From Hydrolagus colliei (Eukaryota): a stretch of 64,000 nt of DNA. A program made the translations under genes and the position numbers. Below are positions 53,601-64,000 of this stretch, piece by piece (positions within the stretch are counted from its first letter, which is position 1; each line of letters opens with the position of its first letter). Under the pieces are notes generated by a model. The model did not search any database. It saw nothing but the letters and a program-made list of their open reading frames with translations, and was not told where the DNA came from. The stretch is taken from contig CM068768.1 of the NCBI GenBank assembly GCA_035084275.1, forward strand, positions 7,626,001 to 7,690,000, in the 5' to 3' direction.

Positions 53601-56600
53601 GACATGAAAGGCGCTGTACAAGTGCAATTTTGTTATTTTGTTGTTGTTCCCATTGAATATGAAACATCCGAGATCGGGAAACAGATCCTAATTGAACAAT
53701 CCAGGTGTTTGGATTAATCATGAATGAGTGACTTTTTGCCCCACACGTTCGAGAGAGGGTGTAGTCAATTGCACAAAAACTGAACTATAATTTTTTGCTG
53801 GATCTATTTGGAAGCTTCATTGGAGAGAAGTAATAAGTTTTTGATACCTTAATATTTTGAACACTGTTACAAACTAAAGTATGGAATTTGACGAAGCCAA
53901 CAGGAAAATTCTGATCCTTAATAAGAGGAACCAACAAGTTGCCCAAGAATGCTGCCTTCAAGACACCCTGTTTGTTTGATTGAAACGCAATTTTGATATC
54001 TGTTTAAATACAAAATCATCAGTCTGTTATTTGCACATCAAGCACACAATAAATTAGATTAATATTTAGAAAGTTACTAATCCACTTTTGTTTCTGTACC
54101 TTGGAGTTTATGAGCAATCTGATTTAGTTTTACTTATTCGCAAGTCTTGATTCAGGATTGTTTTTAAAAAAATTATATATTGAATGCCATCGGTTTCAAA
54201 TGGACACACAGACACACTTCACAACAAAATCCTTTGAATGAAGGATGGATTGGTATAGAAGAATAATTTATTTAAGCAGACAGGCGATACGGTGGATTAG
54301 AGGAGTGTTTTGTCTAGCCTACATTAAGGTATGAAAGTCTATCTGCCGACTGAGGTTTTAAATAAAATTTGTTTCACTAGCTTTGAGCCTGGTCACTTAA
54401 CCCTGTGGCTAGAAATTCCTCATGGAATAACGTTGACCATTGTCTTGAAATGTTGAAAAATTCAAACGTGTAATTTGTTTAAAAATTGTTTTCAATTTGA
54501 TCTTGATATGGAAAATGTTTTTTCTGCACTTTACAAGCCAATTATGGTAGAATAGGAGAATTTTGGGGATTTCTGCGCAATCCTAATTTTTAGGATTATG
54601 ATTTTAAGGCTAAGACTTATTTGAATTTTGGGGCTCTGACTCTGATATATTAAAAAATAAGAGTTGCTTAAGTGCAGCGGGGGGGTGTGGAGGAGGGGAG
54701 TGGATTGTCTTCAGATCTTTGGAGTGAAAAAAGTAGAGTAGAATTTTACTTTGCCTCTAATCGGTGGCATACCTGATACTAGACGTAAGAAGTTTGTAAA
54801 TCCCCCATTTCCCGACACTGATATTTGTCTTCGGTAGAAGATACCACGGGACGAGACTGGGTGGGGGCAGGTGAGGGCGGGAGGGGGGGGAACTGGTCGC
54901 GAGGAGGTTTGCATAAACAGAAATGCTTTGTTCTTCCAGGAGTTTCCTCTTGAATATATTACGTTTGTCATTCGAACCCTGAGTGATTTTGTTTTAGTCC
55001 GAAACCCACATGAAAGGAGCGTGCTGCCGAGCTTTAACTGTGTTTGACAGCTGTTGCATGTAAAAGTTACAAAAATGACTGTACATTTTATTTGTATGTG
55101 TGCCTCTTGTTTAAGATGGCAGTAATGGTCACCGAGTATTTTCCAGGACCTGGGTGCGTTTAAAATCTGGTTGAGATTTTCTGGTTGGCTAATTTTGCAA
55201 TTATCAAATTCCCGCTCTGTCCCTGGTAAAAAGAAACTCACTCTTTTAAATGCAGTAAAAACATGAGCTATCGTTTTCGGAAGGTGGGGGGGGGGTGTGG
55301 GGGGAGGATCAGCGGAATGCTGCGGTGAGGGAAACGGGGGAAATACAAAATGAAAACAGATAATAGAGGTAAAATTAAATTAAATCCGCCGTCAAAGAAA
55401 ATGGTTGCGGGGGTGGGGTGAAATCTATTTAAAAGCCACAGTATTCGTCACTGTTTAAGTGACTGGACATTAGTGACCTTTACTTTGCACAAAAGAATAT
55501 GTATATTTTTTGCTTAACCAAAAGATTCCGGTGGGAATCAATTATTTAATTTGCAGTAAACCCATGTGGGCCCGGCCTACTTGCTGTGGAGGTTTTATGC
55601 TGTAACAAAATGTTTTGGAAAACTTAAGAGACCAGCGCTGTTTACGAGCATGTGCTGCGATGCAGTTACGTGGCAGTCACCCCCCAATTGAGTTCCATTT
55701 GCGATCAGGAACAGGATATTAGGACAGATGCTCTGATGTTTCACATTGAAGGCATGTGGGAGGGAAAAGGGGGTGGGGGGGGTTGTTGGAAAGTTGCCAT
55801 TATTGTCTGTGTTGACATTTGTGCATATTGTAGTTGATGGTGCATGGTCTCTTAAGAGTCTCGATCTACATTTCCCGCTCCACATTGCCTCAAATGTGAG
55901 CCACAAAAACAAACAAAGCAGCACCTGATCTGCGGTTCTGCCCACACACAGTTTTAGTGTGTGCAGCGGACACTGAAACAACAGCGTACGCTTTTCGTTG
56001 CTATTAGAGACTGTGACTTACTTTTGCATGTGCAGATCCAGACTATTCAAACTGCAGGGTTGCGCAGGTTCGAATCCCGACCCGAGTTAGACCTTCTCAA
56101 CCGAAGAGTTCGGGAGGTTACAGATTAATCTTTGAGGAACTTGGTTAGTTGGAGGAAAAGCAGACAGGGGTTAGATCGAAACAACTTCCAGCGCCTTGGG
56201 ACGTCCTCCCGACGTGGAAGGCGCAATACAAATTAAATTTTGTTAGTGTTGTTGTATTGAGCAATTAAGGGCAGGAACATGTATGTGCAAAACATATGAT
56301 GCATCATACAGAGCAAGTCAACCACCACCAAACACGGCTGGGAAATGTTTGTTGAGCCTTTTGTTGCCAGTAGTTTATTAATCTCTTCCTGGCGTTAAAG
56401 ACGCTATACAAATGTAATTCGTAATTTGTTGTCGTTAGTGTTACTGTTACACTTCTTCGCGCACATTTGAGGAATTGGAGCGCTGCGTAATTTGGGGATT
56501 AATGAGGTTGGAGAATGATTGCAAGCGTCTAATCTGTCTTGACTACTTTATAAATGGTCCCCATGTGCCAAACAGGACATTTCTCATTTTGTAACGCAAT

Positions 56601-57457
56601 AGTTTTTTTTTAGCTCCTGCAAAAACTCTTTTGATGATGCTTCTCGCAGGCAAGGCAAGCGGTGAAGGGTCTAGCCAGGCACAGTATACATGACACTGCG
56701 CCTATGTGCTGTAAATATAAACTGTTGAGTCCTGTTGAGGTGGTTTAACAGTCGGCATAAACATGATTTTGTAGGAGTTACTGGGTAAAGTACGTAGCAA
56801 GACTTTAAGATATGTTTTTGTGAGGCTTGCTAGAGTTCACAAATTCTCGTCATGAAACTCAAATGCTGCTTTTAACACGTCTGCTGTTTATTATTATTGT
56901 TTCAGTCTTTTTTATTCCTCCGACCACCCGCCCCTCCGTTCCCCACCTATTCTTTCCTAGCTGATTAATGAACAATGCGACTTTTTTTTTTTCCATTCCG
57001 TGATAGCATCCCCTTTAGTGTCCCACTATATTTTTGTGAAGGCCTGGCTATGAGCATTTGTGAAATGAAGTGAAGGTTTTCTAAGAAGGAACTGACGATT
57101 CGTTCTAGTTTTTTCTTCTTCAAAGCAGTGTTGCATAATTAATAGAATGTGGGCTCCAAACCCTTTCTCTGTCATATGTTTACCATCTCTTGATTGTGCT
57201 GATTGCCGGATTATATAAATCCTTTTATTTTTTTTGCTTTGACTGATGACAAAAAACTGGAAGGTTTCCAAAAGCTTTGAAGTTTTATTTTTAGTCTCGT
57301 TCGTTTTAATCTTCACTCTGCCGAAAATGGTTTCATGTGAGCCGTCCCCTAAGCCATTGTCTAGTTGCTGGCCCCAGTTCATCGCTGAGCTATTTCGTGT
57401 GAGGAGATAGCTTAATGAGTCGATAGTCAAACCAGATTTGCATTCTGTCTTTTGCAG

Positions 57458-57565
57458 GTGGATAGTGACACGGTGTGGAATGAGATGCACTCTTCTAGCT
57501 CCGTGCGGATGGCTGTTGGGTGCGTCATTGAACTCGCTTTCAAGGTAGCTTCAGGGGAGCTCAAG
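57458..57565 (+). CDS. HDAC5: HDAC5 exon: [36 protein letters not shown]
   Basis: Acceptor ttttgcag|, donor AAG|gtgaga. Confidence 0.97.
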
Positions 57566-58524
57566 GTGAGACTCCGAACACTCTTGCCCGTTTCCCGGTG
57601 GAATCTGACATTCCTACTGAAATTATCCAATTTATAAAAATCCCCCCACCCAAAAAATTCTAATGGAATGTTTCTGACAATTTTATTTTTCCCCCCAAAA
57701 AAATTCTTCAGGTAGGGCAACCAAGCATCTGCAGCTGATTTATAGGCAAAGTCTGGTGGGATGGCCGTTATGATACGCTCATTGGCATCCATGATTCTCT
57801 TGTAGATCTGCAAAAGGATGCAATAGATTAGGTTAGCAGCATGCTGGAAAATAAGAACTAGGCGAGTGTTATTCAGGGCATGCCACCTCCCCATACATGG
57901 AGTGAAGGAGCTTGCTTGATCTTTCCAGCTTCCTATCTGCTATGACAGCTTATTGGGTTGTGATTCCATTGGTACTGGGTGTTTCCCAGGGTGCTCACGA
58001 GTGGCCATGCCTCATTTTTAGAGTCTAGGTGGGGAGTGCTTTGGGCTATTTGGGGGGATTGTTTCACCCACAAATATACAGTCAATTCTGCGAAGCGCTT
58101 TGAGACGTCTAGAAGATGTGAAAAGCACTGTATCAATTGCAAGGATTATTATTATTATTGTCACAGTAGGCTACTGGACAGTTATCAGAAACAACAATAA
58201 ATGACATTATTGTATAACGCCTTTCACCCACCTCAGTCCCAAAGGAACATTGCTTTGCCTGGGTTGTCTCCTCCCAAACCATGGGCATGGAGAGTCTAAA
58301 TGTACCAGCTCTATTTTGCTATGAAAGAGAACATACAAATCTATGACCACCTGATTTGCGTGGCTTTGTACTACACCTTACTGGGCAAGGCCTTGGAAAG
58401 CTCCAAGTCTTGCCTTTAATTCTTAGACACCTTATCGACATATTTGCAAGGACGTGACAGAGTACAGTGTTCTTGTAGCCGTAAGATGCAACAATTACAT
58501 GTTTTTAAAATATATTTTTTACAG

Positions 58525-58580
58525 AACGGCTTTGCTGTTGTCAGACCACCGGGCCATCATGCAGAGGAATCCACTGCAAT
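58525..58580 (+). CDS. HDAC5: HDAC5 exon: NGFAVVRPPGHHAEESTAM (catalytic His pair)
   Basis: Acceptor tttacag|, donor AT|gtaagt; RPPGHHA. Confidence 0.97.
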
Positions 58581-59059
58581 GTAAGTCCACCCTCAGCATT
58601 TCAAAATGGTTCCTTCAAATGAATTATTGTAGATCAAGCTACTTCATTGGTGATTTATGAGCAAAGTTGGTCATATTGAAGGACAACAAGCAGGTAACCG
58701 GCATCATAAATCCATCGTGTCCTTGCCTGCTCTTTGAAAGAGCTGCCCAAATGAATCGTACTCTCCCGTTCTCTCTCTCTTTCTGCAACCCGGCAAATTT
58801 GTTTTCCCCAAAACACAAAGGTTGCATTTTGAATTTCAAAAGTGGAAACCGAAAAGTCACCAGTAGAAAAACTAATTTGTGAGAGAAGTTGCTTTCAGAA
58901 GAGACTTAAACGCTAGTTTGTTGCTTGTCAAATGCAAGATTATCAAATGGTGGAGGGAGTGCCAACCCTCTGGTCTCGGCAGAACGTTTAGTTTCGACAC
59001 CTGAGGATTTATAACTACAGTACATTTACCAAACATCTTTCTTTCTCCTCCATTTGCAG

Positions 59060-59147
59060 GGGATTCTGCTTCTTCAACTCGGTGGCAATTTCCGCTAAGC
59101 TCCTCAAACAGAAACTTAACGTCGGGAAAATTTTAATCGTGGATTGG
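59060..59147 (+). CDS. HDAC5: HDAC5 exon: [29 protein letters not shown]
   Basis: Acceptor tttgcag|G, donor TGG|gtacgt. Confidence 0.97.
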
Positions 59148-59526
59148 GTACGTATTGCATTATTGCGTGACTTTCAAACAATTACAGGCATAGTTTAGCG
59201 TTTAGCCTAGATTTCTAGTGAACATGAGTCTGTCCGCCACTGATCTGGGGCAATGACATTTGACTTTTATTTTCACTTCTTCAAGGCAATCAATGACCAA
59301 AATGATTTAATCTTGCTGTGTATTTAGAGCTAAATATCTAAATTCTCATAGCCCGGGGTGGGTGGAGGGAGGGGGGGGGTTGGGGGCGAAGTTTTGTAAT
59401 ACAAGAGTGCGTGACTCGGCGTAGCTAATTAAAAGGTAATTTGTAAGAGGAGTCAGGAAATTAATAGAAAGAAGATGTTTATTTTCGTGCCTTTGAAATA
59501 GATATGTTTGTTTCCATTACTTGTAG

Positions 59527-59646
59527 GATATTCACCATGGAAATGGTACACAGCAGGCCTTTTACAACGATTCCAATGTGCTGTACATTTCTCTACATCG
59601 TTACGATGATGGAAACTTCTTCCCTGGTAGCGGCTCCCCAGATGAA
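59527..59646 (+). CDS. HDAC5: HDAC5 exon: [40 protein letters not shown] (catalytic Zn ligands)
   Basis: Acceptor ttgtag|, donor GAA|gtgagt; DxHHGNGTQ. Confidence 0.97.
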
Positions 59647-61518
59647 GTGAGTTACCGCCAACTGCTATTAATTTGTTGCTTATTAACCCTTTGAATCGTG
59701 TTTCTTTTCCAGTGTTTGAAATCATTGAAGTTTTTTTTCCCAATCCCAATATATATATACATATAAATTCAGGATTTAGATGGAGGTAAAGGCCCCTGCT
59801 TCAGGTCACTTAGAAAGAGAAATGTTCAACACAAAAGGAGGCCATTTGGCCCGGCGGATGTTTATGGCATCGATATCTATTACCGCGTCACCCCTTTCTT
59901 TCATTAATCTCACTTTCCATTTCTTCTTCCCCTCGTCCATTCACTCAAATGTAGTTTGGATACCTCTAAGGTGGTTGAGTCGTGGTGGTCAGGGGATGCT
60001 AAGCTTGGATAAGATAAAATAACCTATCATGCCAGCAATCAAAGGCGTCTTACGGCACTGTAAGGAATGGCCTGTTTTGTGTGCCTGTTCAGTTTGAGCA
60101 TTGCCAGCTAACTGCAAAGCACGATCTGAGAGCAGCCTTCCCTAAGCAGATCAGCTGTGCAAGCGAGGGCGGTTCCAGCTGATGAGATACTTTCTTCACC
60201 TGATGTAAGTGATGTGTTGTTGCTGAAATCACACCAGCGCTTGTTAGGTTGTGCAAATGATAATAATAATACTCATATCGCATTTGATACAGCACCTCAT
60301 CAAGTCTTCGAGACGTTTCAATGGGCTTCACAGAATATTCTGCAAAGCGAATTGACTATATTTTGTCAGCAGCCAAATTGTGCACAGTAGATAATCATAA
60401 TTGTACTGAATTCATCCCTGTGATAGCTTAAGTGCGGCTTGGAAATTGCAGTTTAGAGGCTGCTGAATCTTGTTCTTGTGGCTGCACAAAACCAAAGGTC
60501 CTGTTGTGATGGCAATGGAGTAACTTTTGTCCAATGTCCAAGCTCCAGTTAACGGTTTGGGCTAACATGTGCCATTCTATTACTTGCAGCCTTGTTACCT
60601 TCACTGCTTCTTAGGGTTTGTAAATGGGTGGACCTGGATTGTAGATAAACTATATTTGAGACCTTGTTGTATGTGTTGGATATCTGGCTTCTCCATGTGC
60701 TCCATGGCTTCCACAAAAAGTAAACGTGCGCTGTTTGTGTGGCCTGTCTGGCTGAACACAACACACAAGGGGGACGCTAACTCAGCCTGATGCAAAATCT
60801 TCCGTACTTGCAAACTGTTGTTTGAACAGGGTTGGAAATCGTGTGAATACCTATACAAAGGGTGCTTAGTGCCATGTTTACACTGCAGGCATAACGGGGG
60901 GAATGGGGGCACATATTAGAGGTTTGAAAATGTTTTATTAGGGCGATTCCTGATGGGGGGGTGGGGAGACAGAGGGGGTTGGGGGGTAAAGCCACAGTCA
61001 CAGGTTTCTGCAAATTATTCCATACTGTCACGCTGAGGGAAAGAGAACCTGTTGATGTGGTTTACGAGTGTTCTTATTAACTTGGAAAGAGAATAAAAGA
61101 AATATTAGCGGGACATCAATGTACTGGAAAATTGAGTGTGCTCAATCCCACATCCAGTCTGAAATCCCAAACACAATTGTTGTAAATCCACAGCTGGTCA
61201 ATCAGCATCGTAAAGAGGAAAAAGAAATGCTCGAGTTAGGAAAATCCCAATGCTTTCCTCTCCCCTTGCCCTCTCCCATCACCTTTCCTCCCATCACTCA
61301 AATGCAAGGTTTAAATGCAAATGCAAGGCTTATCATTATCATTAATATTATTATTTACAACCATTCACTTTGTTGTCTTCCTCCAAACTGCAACAGTTTT
61401 TTTTTTTTAAAAATACATATTTAAACAAATTTAATGAATTTCCTGTGAAGTTAGTCTTTTTTTAATGAATGTTTGTTGAGAAGCGTTTAAATTTAGCTTG
61501 ATGTCTTTCTGCGTTAAG

Positions 61519-61616
61519 GTTGGCACAGGGCCTGGCTTAGGCTTCAACGTCAACATAGCTTGGACAGGTGGTGTGGATCCCCCTAATGGAGACGTGGAGT
61601 ATTTTACAGCTTTCAG
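61519..61616 (+). CDS. HDAC5: HDAC5 exon: [33 protein letters not shown]
   Basis: Acceptor gcgttaag|, donor AG|gtgagt. The next exon (TVVMPIA-like) was not seen before 64000. Confidence 0.96.
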
Positions 61617-62149
61617 GTGAGTATTTATTAGCCTGGTCTTAAAGTCGGGAAAACTGCTCCCGTTTTGCAGTGAAATTAAAAAAAACCACAGCAGGCACCT
61701 GACATTGCAATTCTTTCCCCACCTCCGCGCTTTCTTCTTCGGCCTATTCATAGCTCTCCGTTTGAAACGACCTTGCGGTAAAATAAATAACGCAATTAAA
61801 ACGCGAGACAGATTCATTAAGCGTTGCGCGTGCGCACATTTAAACATGCACATACACACACACGCGCACACAAGAAAAGTTTAATTTCAAAGCCCGAGGA
61901 TTAAGTATTGATTGATTGCTGCAATTAAGATATTTTTTCTCAACCTTGTAATTATTTTACTTTCAGTCAAATCAGACTTTAGGATATTGCTCCAGGTGTT
62001 TCATCTGCATCTAATTAGCAGTGGAGCAATTCCGTTAACTGGCGTTGTTAGGGCTGTGAGTTTGATGTAGTCCTCAAAAAACACAAAGATAGGCATAATA
62101 AGTCAAAGCAGATAACTTACTTTGTTTAAAAAGAACTTGTTGGTTTCTT

Positions 62150-62153
<4 letters not shown>

Positions 62154-62180
<27 letters not shown>
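62154..62180 (+). repeat. (CA)n microsatellite
   Basis: Seen directly. Confidence 0.9.
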
Positions 62181-62186
<6 letters not shown>

Positions 62187-63234
62187 ATATAAATCAGTTT
62201 ATTCCATGTAAGTAAATAGTTCATTCAAAAGAAAGGGATTTTTTTTTAGGAGTGAAAATGTATCCCAAGTGAAGCAGCGTATTAAGGGTAGGGTTTGGTT
62301 GAGGGGCGGGGAGGGGGGTGGAGGGAGGGGGGAAGGGTGAGGGGCGTTCAGGAAGTGATAGGCGACCCCCAGGCATGGTAACACTAAACAGACTTGAAGT
62401 CAAATTTCCCTGCTTGCATGCTATAGGGTCAGGCGAGAGTCGGATGGGATAATTGAATATAATGGAATCCAGAAGGCTCCCCTTTTCCCTTTTTGCATAC
62501 CCAGCATATCACAAATTTTGTAGACGTAAGGTCCGTTCTTACACTTGTGTAGTTCCAGCTGCTGTCTTAGAGGCCATCGTTGTTTGATGTTCGAAAATTA
62601 TCCCAGAGCTGCGTTCAATCAGCCAACTTCAGCTGAGTCTTACTGACTTTAAAGGCCATATGTCTTCTATTTGCTTGTTTGCAAACAAAAAAGAAAAGGT
62701 TGGGTTGGGTGGTGGGGGAGGTTTGGGTGGGGAAGAGAGAGAAAAAGAGAACTGGTTTGAGCGCCGCCGCTGCTGTTACAGCAGCACCTTTAATAATAGA
62801 GAAAATGATGGCGGACAAATTGAGCTGGGTCGCAGTTTTTGCATCGGGACGTAATTTTAAACAGACTCGGATGTGAAAGGCAAGCAGGCATCCCATCCTG
62901 CACCGTACCGTCCCGAAGAGCTGTGCTTTCAAGGCCATTCAAAGGCTAACGGAGGTATCCCTCGTTAATGGCTCCCGTTTGCTGGGCTAATAAAAACCCT
63001 GCCCCTTCCCTCACCGAGAGTTGCTGCTTGTGTTTGTCCACAGCAACTGAGGCGAAGAGGTCACACAGAAGTCCCTTGGTTGTCCTTGGTTGAAAGCTGT
63101 ACGCCGGGTCAACTGAACAGGACACGTTTCCTCTGAAACGTCTGAGGCTGCCAGGGAGCTGCGTTTGATTCTCGCGGCAAAAAAGGGATGGTTACACCTC
63201 CTTAACCCATTTCCCTTTGCAGCCATGAATTTTT

Positions 63235-63398
63235 TGAATCCACGATTGTTTGTGGGGGACGCTGCTGTGCGCAATTGGCTGCTGAATTTTGCCCACAGAT
63301 AATCAGTCAATTCACTTTACAGTATAGTCTGTGAAACTCTTTGAGACATCTAGAAGACATGAAAAGCGCGATGTCAAATGCAAGGATTATTATTATTA
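63235..63398 (+). mobile_element. 5'-truncated copy of the same SINE
   Basis: gaatccacgattgtttgtgggggacgctgctgtgcgcaattggc...caaggattattattatt. Confidence 0.85.
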
Positions 63399-64000
63399 GA
63401 TTATTACTTATCTTTTTATGATCCCCTTCCTCCCTCCCTCCTCCCCACCCTCACCTCCCACCCCATTTTCTTATATTTTATCATCACACGGTTTGTGTTT
63501 AGAATCTCAAGAACTGAATGCCTAGTTCTTCTCTCCTCCCCCCCCACCCCCCAATAAAGAAAAATAGCTCCCCATAAAGTGACGGCGATGTACATTACTC
63601 GCAGTCCTTGGTGCCTTGACTAAGTGGCCGTCCTGCATGCAGTAAGCTTTGACGTGGATGGCAGCAATCGGGAATGAGAGCCCTGACTGATTCTTCCTTT
63701 ACCCTCCCCTCCCACCCTCACCGATTCCGTCAGCTTACGGACAAGGAGGCCAAGAGCAGTGGTCACTGCTGCGGCCAATGTTAAATAGCTCAGCAAAGAC
63801 CAGGGATTGAACTAAGGACCTTCATGTGCTTTACTAATCATCTCAAGCGATGTCGTGCACAGCAATTTTTTTTTTGCCTTTGGTCAGCTGAGTGTAAAAC
63901 TATTCACTTAAACCACAGGTTCAAAGGGATAATCCGGGAGGGGGGGGGGGGGGAGGGGGTTGGCGGGCTTTGGAAAAGAGTGCTCAGAACTGCATGTGCT

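Noticed and set aside
54711-55241. 176-aa minus-strand ORF (also 57026-57894 and 61431-61871)
   Set aside because: No recognisable domain and a composition typical of intronic chance ORFs; two of these merely overlap HDAC5 exons in antisense.

Overview
This is vertebrate genomic DNA, not microbial. The + strand carries 19 consecutive coding exons (20978-61616, 2668 nt, about 889 codons) of a class IIa histone deacetylase that best matches HDAC5. I assembled the exons by hand; all introns are GT-AG and all phases are consistent. The exons cover the Gln-rich N-terminus, the CtBP (PVDLR) and MEF2-binding motifs, three 14-3-3 sites, the NLS, a SUMO-type VKDE motif and most of the deacetylase domain. 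I did not find the canonical 5' exons, and the last catalytic and NES exons lie beyond 64000. Introns are rich in tRNA-derived Deu-type SINEs and L2 and CR1 fragments. This repeat set suggests a cartilaginous fish, possibly Callorhinchus (inference). One intact 1538-bp non-autonomous hAT-like element has 16-bp TIRs, an 8-bp TSD and a G-rich minisatellite. Apart from exon-overlapping ORFs and an L2 remnant, the ORF track looks like noise. I found no evidence of a wholly new multi-gene system. The best leads are the hAT element, a candidate alternative first exon, a possible MITR-like truncated HDAC5 isoform and several in-frame alternative splice sites.
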